64,000 nt of DNA, taken from positions 17,521-81,520 of the forward strand of contig JAQTPP010000001.1 of assembly GCA_028712705.1 (NCBI GenBank), written 5' to 3'. Below the pieces are notes generated by a model. The model had not been told where the DNA came from. It did not search any database and was given only the letters and a program-made list of their open reading frames with translations. Of the stretch, positions 9,240 through 20,240 are shown piece by piece. Numbering within the stretch: the stretch's first letter is position 1; every line of letters begins with the position of its first letter. The translations under genes and the position numbers were made by a program. This DNA is from Candidatus Daviesbacteria bacterium (lineage in GTDB: Bacteria; Patescibacteriota; Microgenomatia; Daviesbacterales; UBA10151).

Positions 9240-10192
9240 GGAAATTAATTAGCTTAGCACTAATTTTATTAGTAGTATTTTTTTTGGCAAAAGGTTGGTG
9301 GGATAGCCAGTTGTCTCCGGTTTCTTCTGATAAATCCACTAAAGTTTTTGTTATAGCTAAAGGAGCTGGCGTATCGGATATTGCAAAAAAGTTAAAAGAA
9401 GAAAATCTGATTAAATCCGAACTGGTTTTTAAGATTTATATCAAACAAAACAACTTTACTAATAAACTTCAAGCAGGTTCATATAAACTCTCTCCCTCAA
9501 TGCCCGTACAAGAATTAGTGAAAAATTTACAAATCGGTAGTGAAGATGTCTGGGTTACGCTGATAGAAGGTTGGCGACTTGAGGAAATGGCAGATAAGCT
9601 GAATGAACAGTTAAAGATTGATAAGAAGCAGTTTCTAAAGAGCGCAAAAGAGGGTTATATGTTTCCTGATACATATCTTTTCCCTAAAGAAGCAACAGCA
9701 GAATATATAGTTGATTCTTTGAGAAAAACTTTTGACACGCGTTTAAACTCGGAACTGCGGTCTAAAATCCGTTCTCAGGGATTAACAGAGCAGCAGGGAG
9801 TGATTTTGGCGTCAATAGTTGAAAGAGAAGCCAGATCTGATAAAGCAAGAACAGAAGTTGCCAGTATTTTACTAAAAAGATTTAAGATCGGCATGGGGTT
9901 AAATGCTGATGCTACAGTCCAATATGCACTGGGATATCAAAAGGAGGAAAAGAGCTGGTGGAAAAGAAATTTAACTAAAGACGATCTGAAAGTGAATTCT
10001 TTGTATAATACTTATTTGCATTCTGGTTTACCGCCAACCCCAATCTGCAATCCTGGCTTGGTTTCACTTGAGGCAGTGGCCAATGCTGATTCAGGAACTC
10101 CTTATCTTTATTATTACCATGATTCAAAAGGAGTTTCCCATTATGCTAAAACTTTGGAAGAGCATAATCAAAATGTGGCAAATTACCCATAA
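9236..10192 (+). CDS. mltG: Endolytic transglycosylase MltG
   Basis: EGYMFPDTY, LASIVERE, YNTY.H.GLPPTPICNPG. Confidence 0.95.
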   Translation: MRKLISLALILLVVFFLAKGWWDSQLSPVSSDKSTKVFVIAKGAGVSDIAKKLKEENLIKSELVFKIYIKQNNFTNKLQAGSYKLSPSMPVQELVKNLQIGSEDVWVTLIEGWRLEEMADKLNEQLKIDKKQFLKSAKEGYMFPDTYLFPKEATAEYIVDSLRKTFDTRLNSELRSKIRSQGLTEQQGVILASIVEREARSDKARTEVASILLKRFKIGMGLNADATVQYALGYQKEEKSWWKRNLTKDDLKVNSLYNTYLHSGLPPTPICNPGLVSLEAVANADSGTPYLYYYHDSKGVSHYAKTLEEHNQNVANYP

Positions 10193-10202
10193 TTCCCTTC
10201 CT

Positions 10203-10230
10203 GTCATTCTGAGCGATTAGCGAAGAATCT
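10203..10230. repeat. REP-like palindrome (GTCATTCTGAG family)
   Basis: GTCATTCTGAGCGATTAGCGAAGAATCT; related to 3061, 24062, 25224 and 48365. Confidence 0.75.
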
Positions 10231-10285
10231 AAAGAGCGACTAGCTCGCAAGCTTGCTTATTATTTTGTTATACTCAGCAATAATT

Positions 10286-10669
10286 ATGTATAAATTTTGG
10301 GGGAAGGTAAGAAGACACAACCAAAGAGGGAAAAAATTAGGTTTTCCTACAGCAAACATTAGTCTTACAAAAAATACCCCTGAAGGAGTTTATATTTCCA
10401 AAACCAAACTGGGAAATACTTTTTATCCATCCCTTACTTTTATAGGCAGAGCCAAAACTTTTAATGAGAAAAAATTCCATGCCGAAACCTATATTTTAGA
10501 TTTTCAGCAAAATATTTATGGCCAATGGATTTCTGTAAAGTTATTAAAAAAAATCAGGGACAATAAAAAATTCAATTCTGCTGAAGAACTAGTTGCTCAA
10601 ATGAAAAAAGACAAACAGGAAGCCAGAAAATATTTTGAGCAATATTTAGCAATATCTGGCAATATTTAG
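10286..10669 (+). CDS. Stand-alone riboflavin kinase domain
   Basis: RGKKLGFPTAN, EGVY, ETYILDF..NIYG, KIRDNKKFNS; no FAD-synthetase domain. Confidence 0.88.
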   Translation: MYKFWGKVRRHNQRGKKLGFPTANISLTKNTPEGVYISKTKLGNTFYPSLTFIGRAKTFNEKKFHAETYILDFQQNIYGQWISVKLLKKIRDNKKFNSAEELVAQMKKDKQEARKYFEQYLAISGNI

Positions 10670-10678
10670 CAATGTCTG
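10639..10678. repeat. 4 x 10-bp tandem repeat GCAAT(A/G)T(T/C)T(A/G)
   Basis: GCAATATTTA GCAATATCTG GCAATATTTA GCAATGTCTG. Confidence 0.85.
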
Positions 10679-10710
10679 GTAAAGTAACTCAAGTTAAAGC
10701 AACTTAAGTT

Positions 10711-11697
10711 ATGGTTATTCCCCCAAAATATAAAATTACTCCACAAATACTGGAACTGGTTTCTAAAATTGATGCTAATTTAATTTATCTTTCCTCAATC
10801 AACCTGCCTGAAGACTTGAACAATAAAATCCAAAGAGTAAGTTTACTTAAAAGCTCACTTTATTCTGCCAGGATTGAAGGTAACCCGCTACTGCTTGAAC
10901 AAATTAACTCCCAAGATGATAAAAATAATGAAAAAAAAGAGGTTTTTAATCTTTTAAAAGCAGCGGAATTCATCAGGAGGAATATTAAGTCTTCAAGTTC
11001 GATCTCCTCAAAAATATTATTTGTTATCCATTCAATGATTATGACCGGATTGCCAGACCAAACTGAAAATTTCAGGCAGGAACCCGGAGCAATTTTTAAT
11101 GCTGCAGGTTTTGCCGTATACATTACGCCTGCTCCGGCTAAAATCCCCCAACTTATCAAAAAGCTATTGAATTACTGTAACGCCGCAGAGGAAAAATTTC
11201 CTCTGGTTAATGCCTTTATCGCTCATTTAATATTTGAGAAGATCCATCCGTTTTTAGATGGCAATGGAAGGGTAGGCAGATTATTGATTTATGCTATTTT
11301 AAAATCCAAACAAAAGATCGATTCCTTATTCATTCCTTTTGAGGAATATTTAGATAAACACAAAGAAGAATATTATTTTTGTTTGGATAATGGTTTGGAT
11401 AAACCCAATGATTATTTAATTTTTATGCTCGAAGCATATTATGCACAAACAAATGAAGTAAAACTGAGGATGGAAGATGAGCTGAAAAAAGATAAAACAA
11501 TGCTTCTTACTCCGCGCCAGGAAGAGATTTTTTATACTATAAAAGATCAGAGTATTGTTTCTTTTGATTTTATTAAAAGAAGATTTTTGAAAGTACCGTC
11601 AAGGACATTAAGTTATGATCTTAAAAAATTAATCAATAAAAAATTAGTAATTAAAATAGGTGAAACAAAAGGAACTTATTACAAAATTGCCTCATAA
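10711..11697 (+). CDS. Fic family protein with C-terminal winged HTH
   Basis: HPFLDGNGRVGR motif; SARIEG inhibitory motif; C-terminal wHTH. Confidence 0.93.
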   Translation: MVIPPKYKITPQILELVSKIDANLIYLSSINLPEDLNNKIQRVSLLKSSLYSARIEGNPLLLEQINSQDDKNNEKKEVFNLLKAAEFIRRNIKSSSSISSKILFVIHSMIMTGLPDQTENFRQEPGAIFNAAGFAVYITPAPAKIPQLIKKLLNYCNAAEEKFPLVNAFIAHLIFEKIHPFLDGNGRVGRLLIYAILKSKQKIDSLFIPFEEYLDKHKEEYYFCLDNGLDKPNDYLIFMLEAYYAQTNEVKLRMEDELKKDKTMLLTPRQEEIFYTIKDQSIVSFDFIKRRFLKVPSRTLSYDLKKLINKKLVIKIGETKGTYYKIAS

Positions 11698-11708
11698 ACT
11701 TTTGCCTC

Positions 11709-11737
11709 TTGACGAATGGGTTCTCTTATGTTAAATT
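11709..11737 (+). promoter_or_regulatory. sigma70 promoter of rpoBC
   Basis: TTGACG-17 nt-TAAATT with extended TG. Confidence 0.65.
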
Positions 11738-11760
11738 GAGTTCAATTAAATAGAAAAAAT

Positions 11761-11790
11761 GAAGGCGTACGGGTACGTATGCTTCTTTTT
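11761..11790 (+). terminator. Terminator-like hairpin in the rpoB leader
   Basis: GCGTACG-GGTA-CGTATGC stem followed by TTCTTTTT. Confidence 0.5.
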
Positions 11791-11841
11791 GTTGATTCTG
11801 CCCAATTACGATCAACAAGATCAAAAATAGGCCATCTACTA

Positions 11842-14800
11842 ATGTCATTAAACTTATCTAATACTAAAATTTACGAGCGTAAATATTTTAGCAAAGCACC
11901 TTCTATAGTGCCTGAACTTAATTTAATCCAAATTCAGCTAGATTCATATCACTGGTTTATGCAAACAGGAATCAGGGAGGTTCTTAAAGAGATCTCCCCT
12001 GTCGAAGATTTCACAGGCAAAAATTGGACCCTAGAACTAGGGTCTTTTTATTTCGGTAAACCCAAATATACTTCCGAAGAAGCTTCTCTAAAAGGTGTAA
12101 CTTATGACGCGCCTCTTAAAATAGAGGCCATTTTAATTAATAAACAAACCGGGCAGAGATATAAACAGGAGGTTTTTCTGGGAGATGTCCCCCAAATGAC
12201 AGAGAAGGGTACCTTTATCATTAATGGGGTAGAGAGAGTTATTATTAACCAATTGGTTCGTTCGCCGGGAGTATTCTTTCAAGCATCTGACGACCCAATT
12301 ACCGGAAAAAGATTATTCTCGGCAGAAATACGCCCATATCGGGGTTCATGGCTTGAATTTTCAATAACAAGGGGTGGAGTTTTGACTGCAAAAATAGACA
12401 GGAGAAGGAAATTTGCCGCGACGACCCTGCTTCGTGCGTTGGGATTTTCCGATAATGAATCAATTATCGCACAATTTACCGATGTTGATACCGGGGAGGA
12501 TAAATTCATTGATACAACACTTGCAAAAGATCCGACTGCCAATACTGAAGAAGCTTTACTTGAGATTTTCCGAAAAATGCGCCCGGGTGATCCGGTTGTT
12601 TTGGATAATGCAAAAGCGTTGTTGGACGGGATGTTTTTTAATGCCAGACGTTACAACTTAATTAAAGTGGGTAGATACAAAATTAACAAAAGATTAAATT
12701 TAAATTTACCAAACGCGCCGGAGAATTGGGTTTTAACCAAGGAAGATATAATTGCCACCTTAAAATATCTAATAAAATTAAATTATGGTGAGGGTAAATT
12801 GGATGATATTGACCACCTTGCCAACAGACGCGTCAGGTGCGCCGGAGAATTGGTTCAGCAAAACGCTTTTAGGATTGGAGTGCTCCGGCTTGAACGGATT
12901 ATAAAAGAAAGAATGAGTCTGACTGCTGCTGATCAGGAGGTTTCACCCGGTAGTTTAATTAATGCCAAACCGGTAATTTCCGCAATTAATGAATTTTTCC
13001 GTTCTTCGCAACTTTCATCTATTCTGGATCAAGTGAATCCTTTATCAGAACTGGATCATTTGAGAAGACTTTCTGTCATGGGGTCAGGAGGCATCACAAG
13101 AGATAGAGCTTCTTTTTCTGTCCGCGATATTAATCATTCCCAATACGGGAGAATTGATCCGATCAGGTCTCCTGAAGGTCAAAATATTGGTTTGGTCACA
13201 TATCTGGCGCTTTATGCCCGTATCAATGAATACGGATTTTTGGAAACTCCTTACAGAAAGGTAGTCATGCAGAAAGGTAAACCTAAGGTAACGAATGAGA
13301 TTATCTACTTCACTGCAGACGATGAAGAAAGTTATCATATTACCGAGGCGACGGTAAATTTAGATGAAAATGGTTATATCCTGGATGAACGGGTACCAAC
13401 CCGTTTCCAGGGGAGTTTTTATGAAGGGTTTGCCAAAGATATTTCATTCATTGATATTTCTCCGCAACAGATTTTCGGAACAAGCGCATCATTAATTCCA
13501 TTTTTGGCGAATGATGATGCAAATCGTGCTTTGATGGGTACTCAAATGCAATGTCAGGCTGTTCCACTGCTTCGTCCATCAGCACCCATTGTTGGTACAG
13601 GTATGGAGAGGATTGTTGCTGACAATATGGGTAGGGTTATCAGAGCTCCCGAGGACGGTGTTATCAAATATGTAGACGGCAAAAAACTTATATTAAAGAC
13701 CAAAAAGCAAGAAATCAGCTTCGAAATCAAAAAATTTGTACACTCGCCCCAAGGTACTTGTTACTCTCAGCGGCCTGTTGTTAATGTCGGCAATAAGGTT
13801 GCCAAAGGCGATCTTTTAATTGATGGGGCAGCGTGCGAGAATGGCGAACTTGCGCTGGGCCAGAATTTGTTAATCGCCTATATGAGTTTCGAAGGTTTAG
13901 GTTATGAAGACGCTATTGTTATTTCAGATCGATTGGTAAAAGAAGATACATTAACTTCAATTCATATTGAAGAATACGAAGTTGATGTTGTTGAGACCAA
14001 ATTAGGACCGGAAGAGTTGACAAATGATATTCCAAATGTATCTGAGGAAGCGCTGATAAACCTGGATGAAAAAGGAATTGTCAGGATCGGCGCAGAAGTA
14101 GGACCAAACGATATTATTATAGGTAAAGTTCAGCCTAAGGGTGAGACTGAACTTACTGCTGAAGAAAGATTACTGCGGGCTATTTTTGGGGAAAAAGCAA
14201 AAGAAGTCAGGGATACCAGTTTGCGGATTCCGCACGGAGAGCGAGGTACTGTTATTGGAGTACAAATTTTATCCCGAGACGAGGGTGACGAGTTGGATAC
14301 AGGGACTCTGATGAGAATTAAAGTTAAAGTTGCCCAACTACGGAAAGTAACTGCCGGGGATAAATTGGCAGGCCGTCACGGAAATAAAGGAGTAATCTCA
14401 AAGATTGTTCCTGTTGCCGATATGCCCCATCTTGCAGATGGTACAGCCATAGATATTATTATTTCTCCTTTGTCGGTTTTGTCCCGTATGAATCTTGGAC
14501 AACTGTTGGAGACTCACTGGGGTTTTGCAGCGCAAAAATTAGGTCATAAAATAGCCGCACCTGTTTTTGAAAAAATTCCTGAAGAAAAATTAATAGAAGC
14601 ACTGCAAAAAGCCGGATACCCGACTGATGGTAAAGTACAGCTTTTTGACGGTAGGACAGGCGAACCTTTTGGCAACAAAATTGTGGTAGGTAGAAATTAT
14701 ATCCTCAAACTGATTCATATGGTTGAGGAAAAGATTCATGCTCGTTCCACAGGTCCGTACTCCTTAGTTACACAGCAGCCTTTGGGTGGAAAGGCTCAAA

Positions 14801-15216
14801 TGGGGGGCCAGCGGTTGGGAGAGATGGAAGTTTGGGCTTTGGAAGCATATGGAGCGGCCAATATTCTGCAGGAAATGTTGACTATCAAATCTGATGACGT
14901 TGTTGGAAGAGCTAAGGCTTTTGAAGCAATTGTTAAGGGAATTGATATACCGCAGGCTTTAATCCCTGAATCTTTCAAGGTATTGGTAAAAGAGCTCCAA
15001 GCCCTAGGTTTATCTGTTGAAACGCTTGGAGCAAAAATAGTCCAGGCGGAGGAGTTGGAAGAAAAACCGGAAGTAGTGGAGGAAGTAGCCGAGCTTCAGG
15101 AAGCGCTCGGAATGCAGCCAACTGCCACCCAGGGGGAACTTGAGGCAGAGGGAAGCCCTTTTGAAGTTGTGGATGCAAGTTCTGAAGTTGAAAAAGAAAA
15201 GGAGAAAATAGAATAA
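11842..15216 (+). CDS. rpoB: RNA polymerase beta subunit
   Basis: GTFIINGVERV, GDKLAGRHGNKG, GGQRLGEMEVWALEAYGA; ATG 11842 preferred over 11779, which lies in the leader hairpin. Confidence 0.99.
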   Translation: MSLNLSNTKIYERKYFSKAPSIVPELNLIQIQLDSYHWFMQTGIREVLKEISPVEDFTGKNWTLELGSFYFGKPKYTSEEASLKGVTYDAPLKIEAILINKQTGQRYKQEVFLGDVPQMTEKGTFIINGVERVIINQLVRSPGVFFQASDDPITGKRLFSAEIRPYRGSWLEFSITRGGVLTAKIDRRRKFAATTLLRALGFSDNESIIAQFTDVDTGEDKFIDTTLAKDPTANTEEALLEIFRKMRPGDPVVLDNAKALLDGMFFNARRYNLIKVGRYKINKRLNLNLPNAPENWVLTKEDIIATLKYLIKLNYGEGKLDDIDHLANRRVRCAGELVQQNAFRIGVLRLERIIKERMSLTAADQEVSPGSLINAKPVISAINEFFRSSQLSSILDQVNPLSELDHLRRLSVMGSGGITRDRASFSVRDINHSQYGRIDPIRSPEGQNIGLVTYLALYARINEYGFLETPYRKVVMQKGKPKVTNEIIYFTADDEESYHITEATVNLDENGYILDERVPTRFQGSFYEGFAKDISFIDISPQQIFGTSASLIPFLANDDANRALMGTQMQCQAVPLLRPSAPIVGTGMERIVADNMGRVIRAPEDGVIKYVDGKKLILKTKKQEISFEIKKFVHSPQGTCYSQRPVVNVGNKVAKGDLLIDGAACENGELALGQNLLIAYMSFEGLGYEDAIVISDRLVKEDTLTSIHIEEYEVDVVETKLGPEELTNDIPNVSEEALINLDEKGIVRIGAEVGPNDIIIGKVQPKGETELTAEERLLRAIFGEKAKEVRDTSLRIPHGERGTVIGVQILSRDEGDELDTGTLMRIKVKVAQLRKVTAGDKLAGRHGNKGVISKIVPVADMPHLADGTAIDIIISPLSVLSRMNLGQLLETHWGFAAQKLGHKIAAPVFEKIPEEKLIEALQKAGYPTDGKVQLFDGRTGEPFGNKIVVGRNYILKLIHMVEEKIHARSTGPYSLVTQQPLGGKAQMGGQRLGEMEVWALEAYGAANILQEMLTIKSDDVVGRAKAFEAIVKGIDIPQALIPESFKVLVKELQALGLSVETLGAKIVQAEELEEKPEVVEEVAELQEALGMQPTATQGELEAEGSPFEVVDASSEVEKEKEKIE

Positions 15217-15220
15217 ATAT

Positions 15221-18200
15221 ATGAATGATCTTTTAGATTTTGAAAGCTTAAGGTTAACAGTTGCTTCTCCTGAACAAATCCGCAGTTGGTCTTTTGGCGA
15301 GGTCACAAAGCCGGAGACCATTAATTATAGAACCTTAAAAGCAGAGAAAGATGGTTTGTTTTCCGAGAATATATTTGGTCCGACCAAAGATTATGAATGT
15401 TACTGCGGTAAATACAAAAGAATTAGGTTTAGAGGCGTAATTTGTGATAAATGTGGAGTTGAGGTAACACAGAGCAAAGTAAGACGGGAAAGAATGGGTC
15501 ATATCAATCTTGCCTCGCCTGTTGCCCATTCCTGGTTTGTTAAAGGAGCGCCCTCAAAACTGTCGCTAATTTTGGATATTTCGCCTAAAAATTTAGAAGC
15601 AGTTATATATTTTGCCTCTTATTTAGTAATAAATATTGATCCTGTTGGTAAAGCAGCAGCATTGGAGAAACTAGATAAGGATTTGCTGGCAAAAATTGCC
15701 GAAGTAGAAGAAAAATTGGAAGCTAGCATTAAAGATGCTGAAAACTCTTTGAAAAAAACCGTTGCCGATCTAAAGAAAAAGTTAGAGAAAGAAAAATTTG
15801 AGTTGGAAAGAGAAGAGCTGGAGTTGAAAAGCCGCGCAGAGATTCAAAAATTAAGAGATAATTTGGTAGTAGAAACCGGACAGCTGGAAGGAATCTTCAA
15901 GGCAGTATCTGATTTGGTGAAAAGTGTTGCCTCCTTAAAACTACTATCGGAGGAAGAGTATTTTAAACTTTCCGAATATGGGGTCTCGGATTTTGTTGAG
16001 GTCGGAATGGGAGCAGAAGCATTTTTGGAAGTTTTGGAAAAATTAGATTTGGATAAAACTTCTTCGCATCTGCGTGAAGAAGTTAGAAAATCTACCGGAC
16101 AAAAACATATAAAGGCTACCAAAAGACTTCGCATAATTGAAGGTATGCGATCATCCGGCATTTCCCCTGCGTGGTTGATTATGAGAGTACTGCCGGTTTT
16201 ACCTCCGGATCTCCGTCCCATGGTACAACTTCCCGGCGGGAGATTCGCAACGTCCGATTTAAACGATTTGTATAGAAGAGTCATAAACAGAAATAATCGA
16301 TTAAACAGGTTGATTAATCTTGGCGCTCCGGAAATAATCTTGCGGAATGAAAAAAGAATGCTTCAGGAAGCTGTAGACAGTCTGATTGATGCGACATCCC
16401 GTACTTCAAGACGGGGAGGTCCTGCCACCACTCATGTGCTCCGTTCACTTTCAGACATGTTGCGGGGTAAACAGGGAAGATTTAGACAGAATTTACTCGG
16501 TAAAAGAGTTGATTATTCGGGAAGATCGGTTATTGTTGTTGGGCCAAAACTTAAATTGGATCAAGTTGGTTTGCCAAAAGAAATGGCTTTGGAGATGTTT
16601 AAACCTTTTGTTTTGCGTGAGATGATAGCCCGCGGTTTAGCCTCTAATGTTAAGGGTGCAAAAAATGTTTTAGAACTCAGACCTAGCGAGGTTTGGGATA
16701 TTTTGGAGGAGATTATCACCGGGCACCCTATTTTAATCAACAGAGCTCCTACCTTACACAGATTAGGTATACAAGCTTTTTACCCGGTATTGGTAGATGG
16801 TAATGCAATTGCTATTCACCCTTGTATCTGCGCAGGATTTAATGCTGATTTTGATGGTGACCAAATGGCAGTTCATGTACCTTTGTCATCTAAAGCTCAA
16901 GAGGAAGCTCGGAGATTAATGATGGCTAAGGAGAATATTTTCGGTCCGGCTAATGCCCAGCCAATCACGGTTCCGAATCGGGAAATGGCTTTAGGGTGTT
17001 ACTATTTGACTTTTATCGATGAGACTGAAAGTTCGAAAGATTTGCAATTTTTTGCACTTGCGGAAGATGCCGTCAGGGCTTTTACTTTGGGAAAGATCGG
17101 TGTTCAACAAAAGATTCAGATAAGAGTAAGCAACGAAATTATTGAGACATCGGTTGGTAGGATTTTATTTAACCAGGTGTTGCCTCCTCAAATGAGATTC
17201 CTGAACTCTGTTATCAAAGGATTTACGATCCGTGACATTATCCTCAAAGCTATGGAAATTTTAGGTAAAGATGAAACAACTAAGCTGATTGATAATATCA
17301 AAGATATTGGTTTTTGGGGAGTGACAATTGCAGGCATTTCAATATCAATATTTGATGCAAAGATTGTTCCTGACAAGAATAAATATTTAGAGAGGGCAAT
17401 CAAAGAGATCGAAACAATTGAAGCGAATACTGCTAAAGGTTTAATTACTCCGCAAGAAAAATCACAGCTTTCTCAAATGGTTTGGATTAAAACAACAGAA
17501 GAATTGGCCAATGCTACATGGGAACATTTGGGTTTTAAAAATCCTATCAGAATGATGGTTGAAGCAGGAGCCAGAGGGTCCAGAGATCAGGCAAAACAAT
17601 TGTCCGCCATGCGTGGTCTCTCAACCGATCCAACCGGTAAAATTGTTGAATTACCTACCAAATCAAACTACAGGCAAGGTTTATCGGTATTTGAATACTT
17701 TACATCAGCTCGGGGAGCAAGAAAAGGTGTGGCAGATAAAGCACTAAAGACTGCAGATGCAGGATACTTAACCAGGAGACTAGTAGATGTTGCTCACGAT
17801 GTCATTATCAGGATGGAAGATTGCGGAACATCCAGTGCGCTTGAATATGATCTAACCAAGAATAGCTTTAATATAGCAAGAGAAAAATTGCTTGGAAGAT
17901 TAATCTCAGAAAATGTTTTGGAACCGAAAACCAGGAAAGTAATTATCAAAAAAGGTACAATATTGACTGAAGATATAATTTCAAAAATACTGAAAGCAGG
18001 AGTTGTAAAAGTATCGGCCCGGTCTCCCTTAACTTGCGAGGCCCGTGTCGGAATTTGTAGCGCTTGTTATGGATTTGATTTAACTACCAGAGAGTTGGTT
18101 AAAATTGGTACTCCTGTTGGTGTGGTGGCAGCTCAGGCAATCGGCGAGCCCGGAACACAGCTGACAATGCGTACTTTTCACACCGGAGGAATTGTCGGTT

Positions 18201-18916
18201 TGGATATTACTCAAGGTTTGCCAAGAGTTGAGGAGTTGTTTGAAGCTAGAACTCCAAAAGTTGTGGCGCCAATTTCCGAGATTGCCGGAAAAGTTTTCGT
18301 TGTTGAAGCAGAGGATGCAGGTATAAGAGTTAGAGTGAGAACTACCCAAAAACCACACGAAGAAAGGGAATACATAATTCCTGCAACAGCCACGCTTTTA
18401 GTGACAGAGGGACAACTGATTGATGCAGGTACAACTCTTGCCTCTGGTCATGTAGATGTAAAAGAAACTTTGCGGATTCAAGGATTGCGGGCTGCGCAGC
18501 GCTATATTGCTGATCAGGTTCGATCAGTTTATGAATCTCAAGGAGTGCCTATTAATGAAAAGCATTTCGAAGTTATTGTGCGGAAAATGTCAGATAAAGT
18601 TAGAGTTGAAACCCAGGGTGATACCAATCTTTTGCCCGGTGAAATTATTGATAAACTTCGTTTTGAAGAAGAGAATAAGCGTGTTTTGGCCGGCGGCGGC
18701 GAACCGGCAACGGCAGAAGTTGTGATTTTAGGAATTACCAGAGCATCTTTACAAACAGAAAGCTTCTTGTCTGCTGCTTCTTTCCAGGAAACTACTTCAA
18801 TACTTTCAGATGCAGCTATCTCTGGTAAAGAAGACAAGCTGGTAGGTCTAAAGGAAAATGTTATAATTGGCAGGCTCATTCCTACAAGTATAGAGAGAGC
18901 AAGGATAGAAAGTTAA
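15221..18916 (+). CDS. rpoC: RNA polymerase beta' subunit
   Basis: [12 protein letters not shown] catalytic motif, N-terminal Zn ribbon. Confidence 0.99.
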   Translation: MNDLLDFESLRLTVASPEQIRSWSFGEVTKPETINYRTLKAEKDGLFSENIFGPTKDYECYCGKYKRIRFRGVICDKCGVEVTQSKVRRERMGHINLASPVAHSWFVKGAPSKLSLILDISPKNLEAVIYFASYLVINIDPVGKAAALEKLDKDLLAKIAEVEEKLEASIKDAENSLKKTVADLKKKLEKEKFELEREELELKSRAEIQKLRDNLVVETGQLEGIFKAVSDLVKSVASLKLLSEEEYFKLSEYGVSDFVEVGMGAEAFLEVLEKLDLDKTSSHLREEVRKSTGQKHIKATKRLRIIEGMRSSGISPAWLIMRVLPVLPPDLRPMVQLPGGRFATSDLNDLYRRVINRNNRLNRLINLGAPEIILRNEKRMLQEAVDSLIDATSRTSRRGGPATTHVLRSLSDMLRGKQGRFRQNLLGKRVDYSGRSVIVVGPKLKLDQVGLPKEMALEMFKPFVLREMIARGLASNVKGAKNVLELRPSEVWDILEEIITGHPILINRAPTLHRLGIQAFYPVLVDGNAIAIHPCICAGFNADFDGDQMAVHVPLSSKAQEEARRLMMAKENIFGPANAQPITVPNREMALGCYYLTFIDETESSKDLQFFALAEDAVRAFTLGKIGVQQKIQIRVSNEIIETSVGRILFNQVLPPQMRFLNSVIKGFTIRDIILKAMEILGKDETTKLIDNIKDIGFWGVTIAGISISIFDAKIVPDKNKYLERAIKEIETIEANTAKGLITPQEKSQLSQMVWIKTTEELANATWEHLGFKNPIRMMVEAGARGSRDQAKQLSAMRGLSTDPTGKIVELPTKSNYRQGLSVFEYFTSARGARKGVADKALKTADAGYLTRRLVDVAHDVIIRMEDCGTSSALEYDLTKNSFNIAREKLLGRLISENVLEPKTRKVIIKKGTILTEDIISKILKAGVVKVSARSPLTCEARVGICSACYGFDLTTRELVKIGTPVGVVAAQAIGEPGTQLTMRTFHTGGIVGLDITQGLPRVEELFEARTPKVVAPISEIAGKVFVVEAEDAGIRVRVRTTQKPHEEREYIIPATATLLVTEGQLIDAGTTLASGHVDVKETLRIQGLRAAQRYIADQVRSVYESQGVPINEKHFEVIVRKMSDKVRVETQGDTNLLPGEIIDKLRFEEENKRVLAGGGEPATAEVVILGITRASLQTESFLSAASFQETTSILSDAAISGKEDKLVGLKENVIIGRLIPTSIERARIES

Positions 18917-18918
18917 AA

Positions 18919-19401
18919 ATGCCAACTATTAATCAATTAGTTAGAAAAGGTAGAAAAAAGATCGTTAAAAAGATTAAAGCTACGGCTTTAAGACGTAGTT
19001 TTAATGCCAAAGACAGGAGATATACCCAAGATTTCAGCCCGCAAAAACGGGGAGTTGTTACTTTGGTTAAAACTATGACTCCAAAAAAACCAAACTCAGC
19101 ACTCAGAAAAGTGGCTAGAGTAAGACTTTCCAATAGAACTGAGGTGACGGCATATATTCAAGGTGAAGGTCACTCGTTAGCAGAACACGGAATTGTGTTA
19201 GTCCGGGGCGGCAGGGTGAAGGATTTGCCGGGAGTGAAATACCATTTAGTCAGAGGTAAGTTCGATTTGGCAGGGGTAGTAGGTAGAAAACAAGGTAGAT
19301 CAAGATACGGCACAAAAAGCGGAGGAGGCGGGCCGGTGCCCAGAGCGGCTGCTGCAGCAGTACCTGTATCTGAGCCGGTTTCAACTACAGGAACAGTATG
19401 A
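18919..19401 (+). CDS. rpsL: 30S protein S12 (C-terminal extension)
   Basis: [29 protein letters not shown]. Confidence 0.99.
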   Translation: MPTINQLVRKGRKKIVKKIKATALRRSFNAKDRRYTQDFSPQKRGVVTLVKTMTPKKPNSALRKVARVRLSNRTEVTAYIQGEGHSLAEHGIVLVRGGRVKDLPGVKYHLVRGKFDLAGVVGRKQGRSRYGTKSGGGGPVPRAAAAAVPVSEPVSTTGTV

Positions 19402-19874
19402 GAAGTAAAAAAGCACCAAAAAAACTTTTACCACCGGATCCTATTTACGGGTCAAGACTTGTGGCTCGATTTATTAATAAATTAATGATCAGCGGTAAAA
19501 AAACCATTGCAGAAAAATTAGTTTATGAAGCTTTGGAGGCAATAAGAGAGCAAGTTAAAGAAGAACCGCTTTCTGTTTTCGAGAAAGCTATTTCTAATAT
19601 TGCTCCAAAGATGGAGGTTCGGCCTCGGCGAGTTGGTGGAGCTTCATACCAGGTGCCGGTTGAAGTCAGAGGCGACAGGAAAGAAGCTTTGGCAATCAGG
19701 TGGATTTTAACCGGAGCGAGATCCAGGTCTAATAAAGAGTTTCATTCTTTTGATAAAAAATTAGCAGCAGAACTTATTGATGCTGCAAATAATACCGGTG
19801 CGGCAATTAAGAAGAAAGATGATGTCCAAAAAGCCGCTGCAGCCAATCGTGCATTTAGTCACTTCCGTTGGTAA
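19398..19874 (+). CDS. rpsG: 30S protein S7
   Basis: [24 protein letters not shown]. Confidence 0.99.
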   Translation: MRSKKAPKKLLPPDPIYGSRLVARFINKLMISGKKTIAEKLVYEALEAIREQVKEEPLSVFEKAISNIAPKMEVRPRRVGGASYQVPVEVRGDRKEALAIRWILTGARSRSNKEFHSFDKKLAAELIDAANNTGAAIKKKDDVQKAAAANRAFSHFRW

Positions 19875-19898
19875 ATACTCATTGAAAAGTAAAGATGT

Positions 19899-20123
19899 AT
19901 GAATAAAAAAATAAGGGAACAAAAAATTAAAATATGGAAGGATAATTTAGCTAAGTTGGAAGAAGAGCTAAGGGTGATTGCGGAGAAAAAGGGCGCAGCC
20001 GCTCAAGAAGGCGATTTGTCGGAAAATGCTGCTTATAATATAGCCACGGAGGATGCGGAAACAACCAGAGTTAGAATTGAGGAAGTGAAAAAGTTAATTA
20101 GAGATTTGGAAGGAGGTAAATAA
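19899..20123 (+). CDS. Stand-alone GreA/GreB N-terminal coiled-coil protein
   Basis: AAQEGDLSENAAY tip motif between two helices; 74 aa, no C-terminal domain. Confidence 0.8.
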   Translation: MNKKIREQKIKIWKDNLAKLEEELRVIAEKKGAAAQEGDLSENAAYNIATEDAETTRVRIEEVKKLIRDLEGGK

Positions 20124-20224
20124 GCTAGCTTGTCGCGGTACAAAAAACCGCTCGCTTGGTGCTTGTTTCGCATCGAACTCTGGTACTGCACAACATTTTT
20201 TGGTTGCCTGCGACTTTGCTATCT
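20124..20224 (+). repeat. Post-stop stem-loop family, copy 2
   Basis: TAGC/GCTA, GTCGCGG/CTGCGAC and CAAAAAA/TTTTTTG nested stems. Confidence 0.75.
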
Positions 20225-20240
20225 TTTATAAAAGTTTACT

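Noticed and set aside
11709-11736. TTATGTTAAAT matches the XerD arm of dif (similar sequence at 3125-3134)
   Set aside because: No XerC-like arm at the required spacing; both are better explained as extended -10 promoter elements
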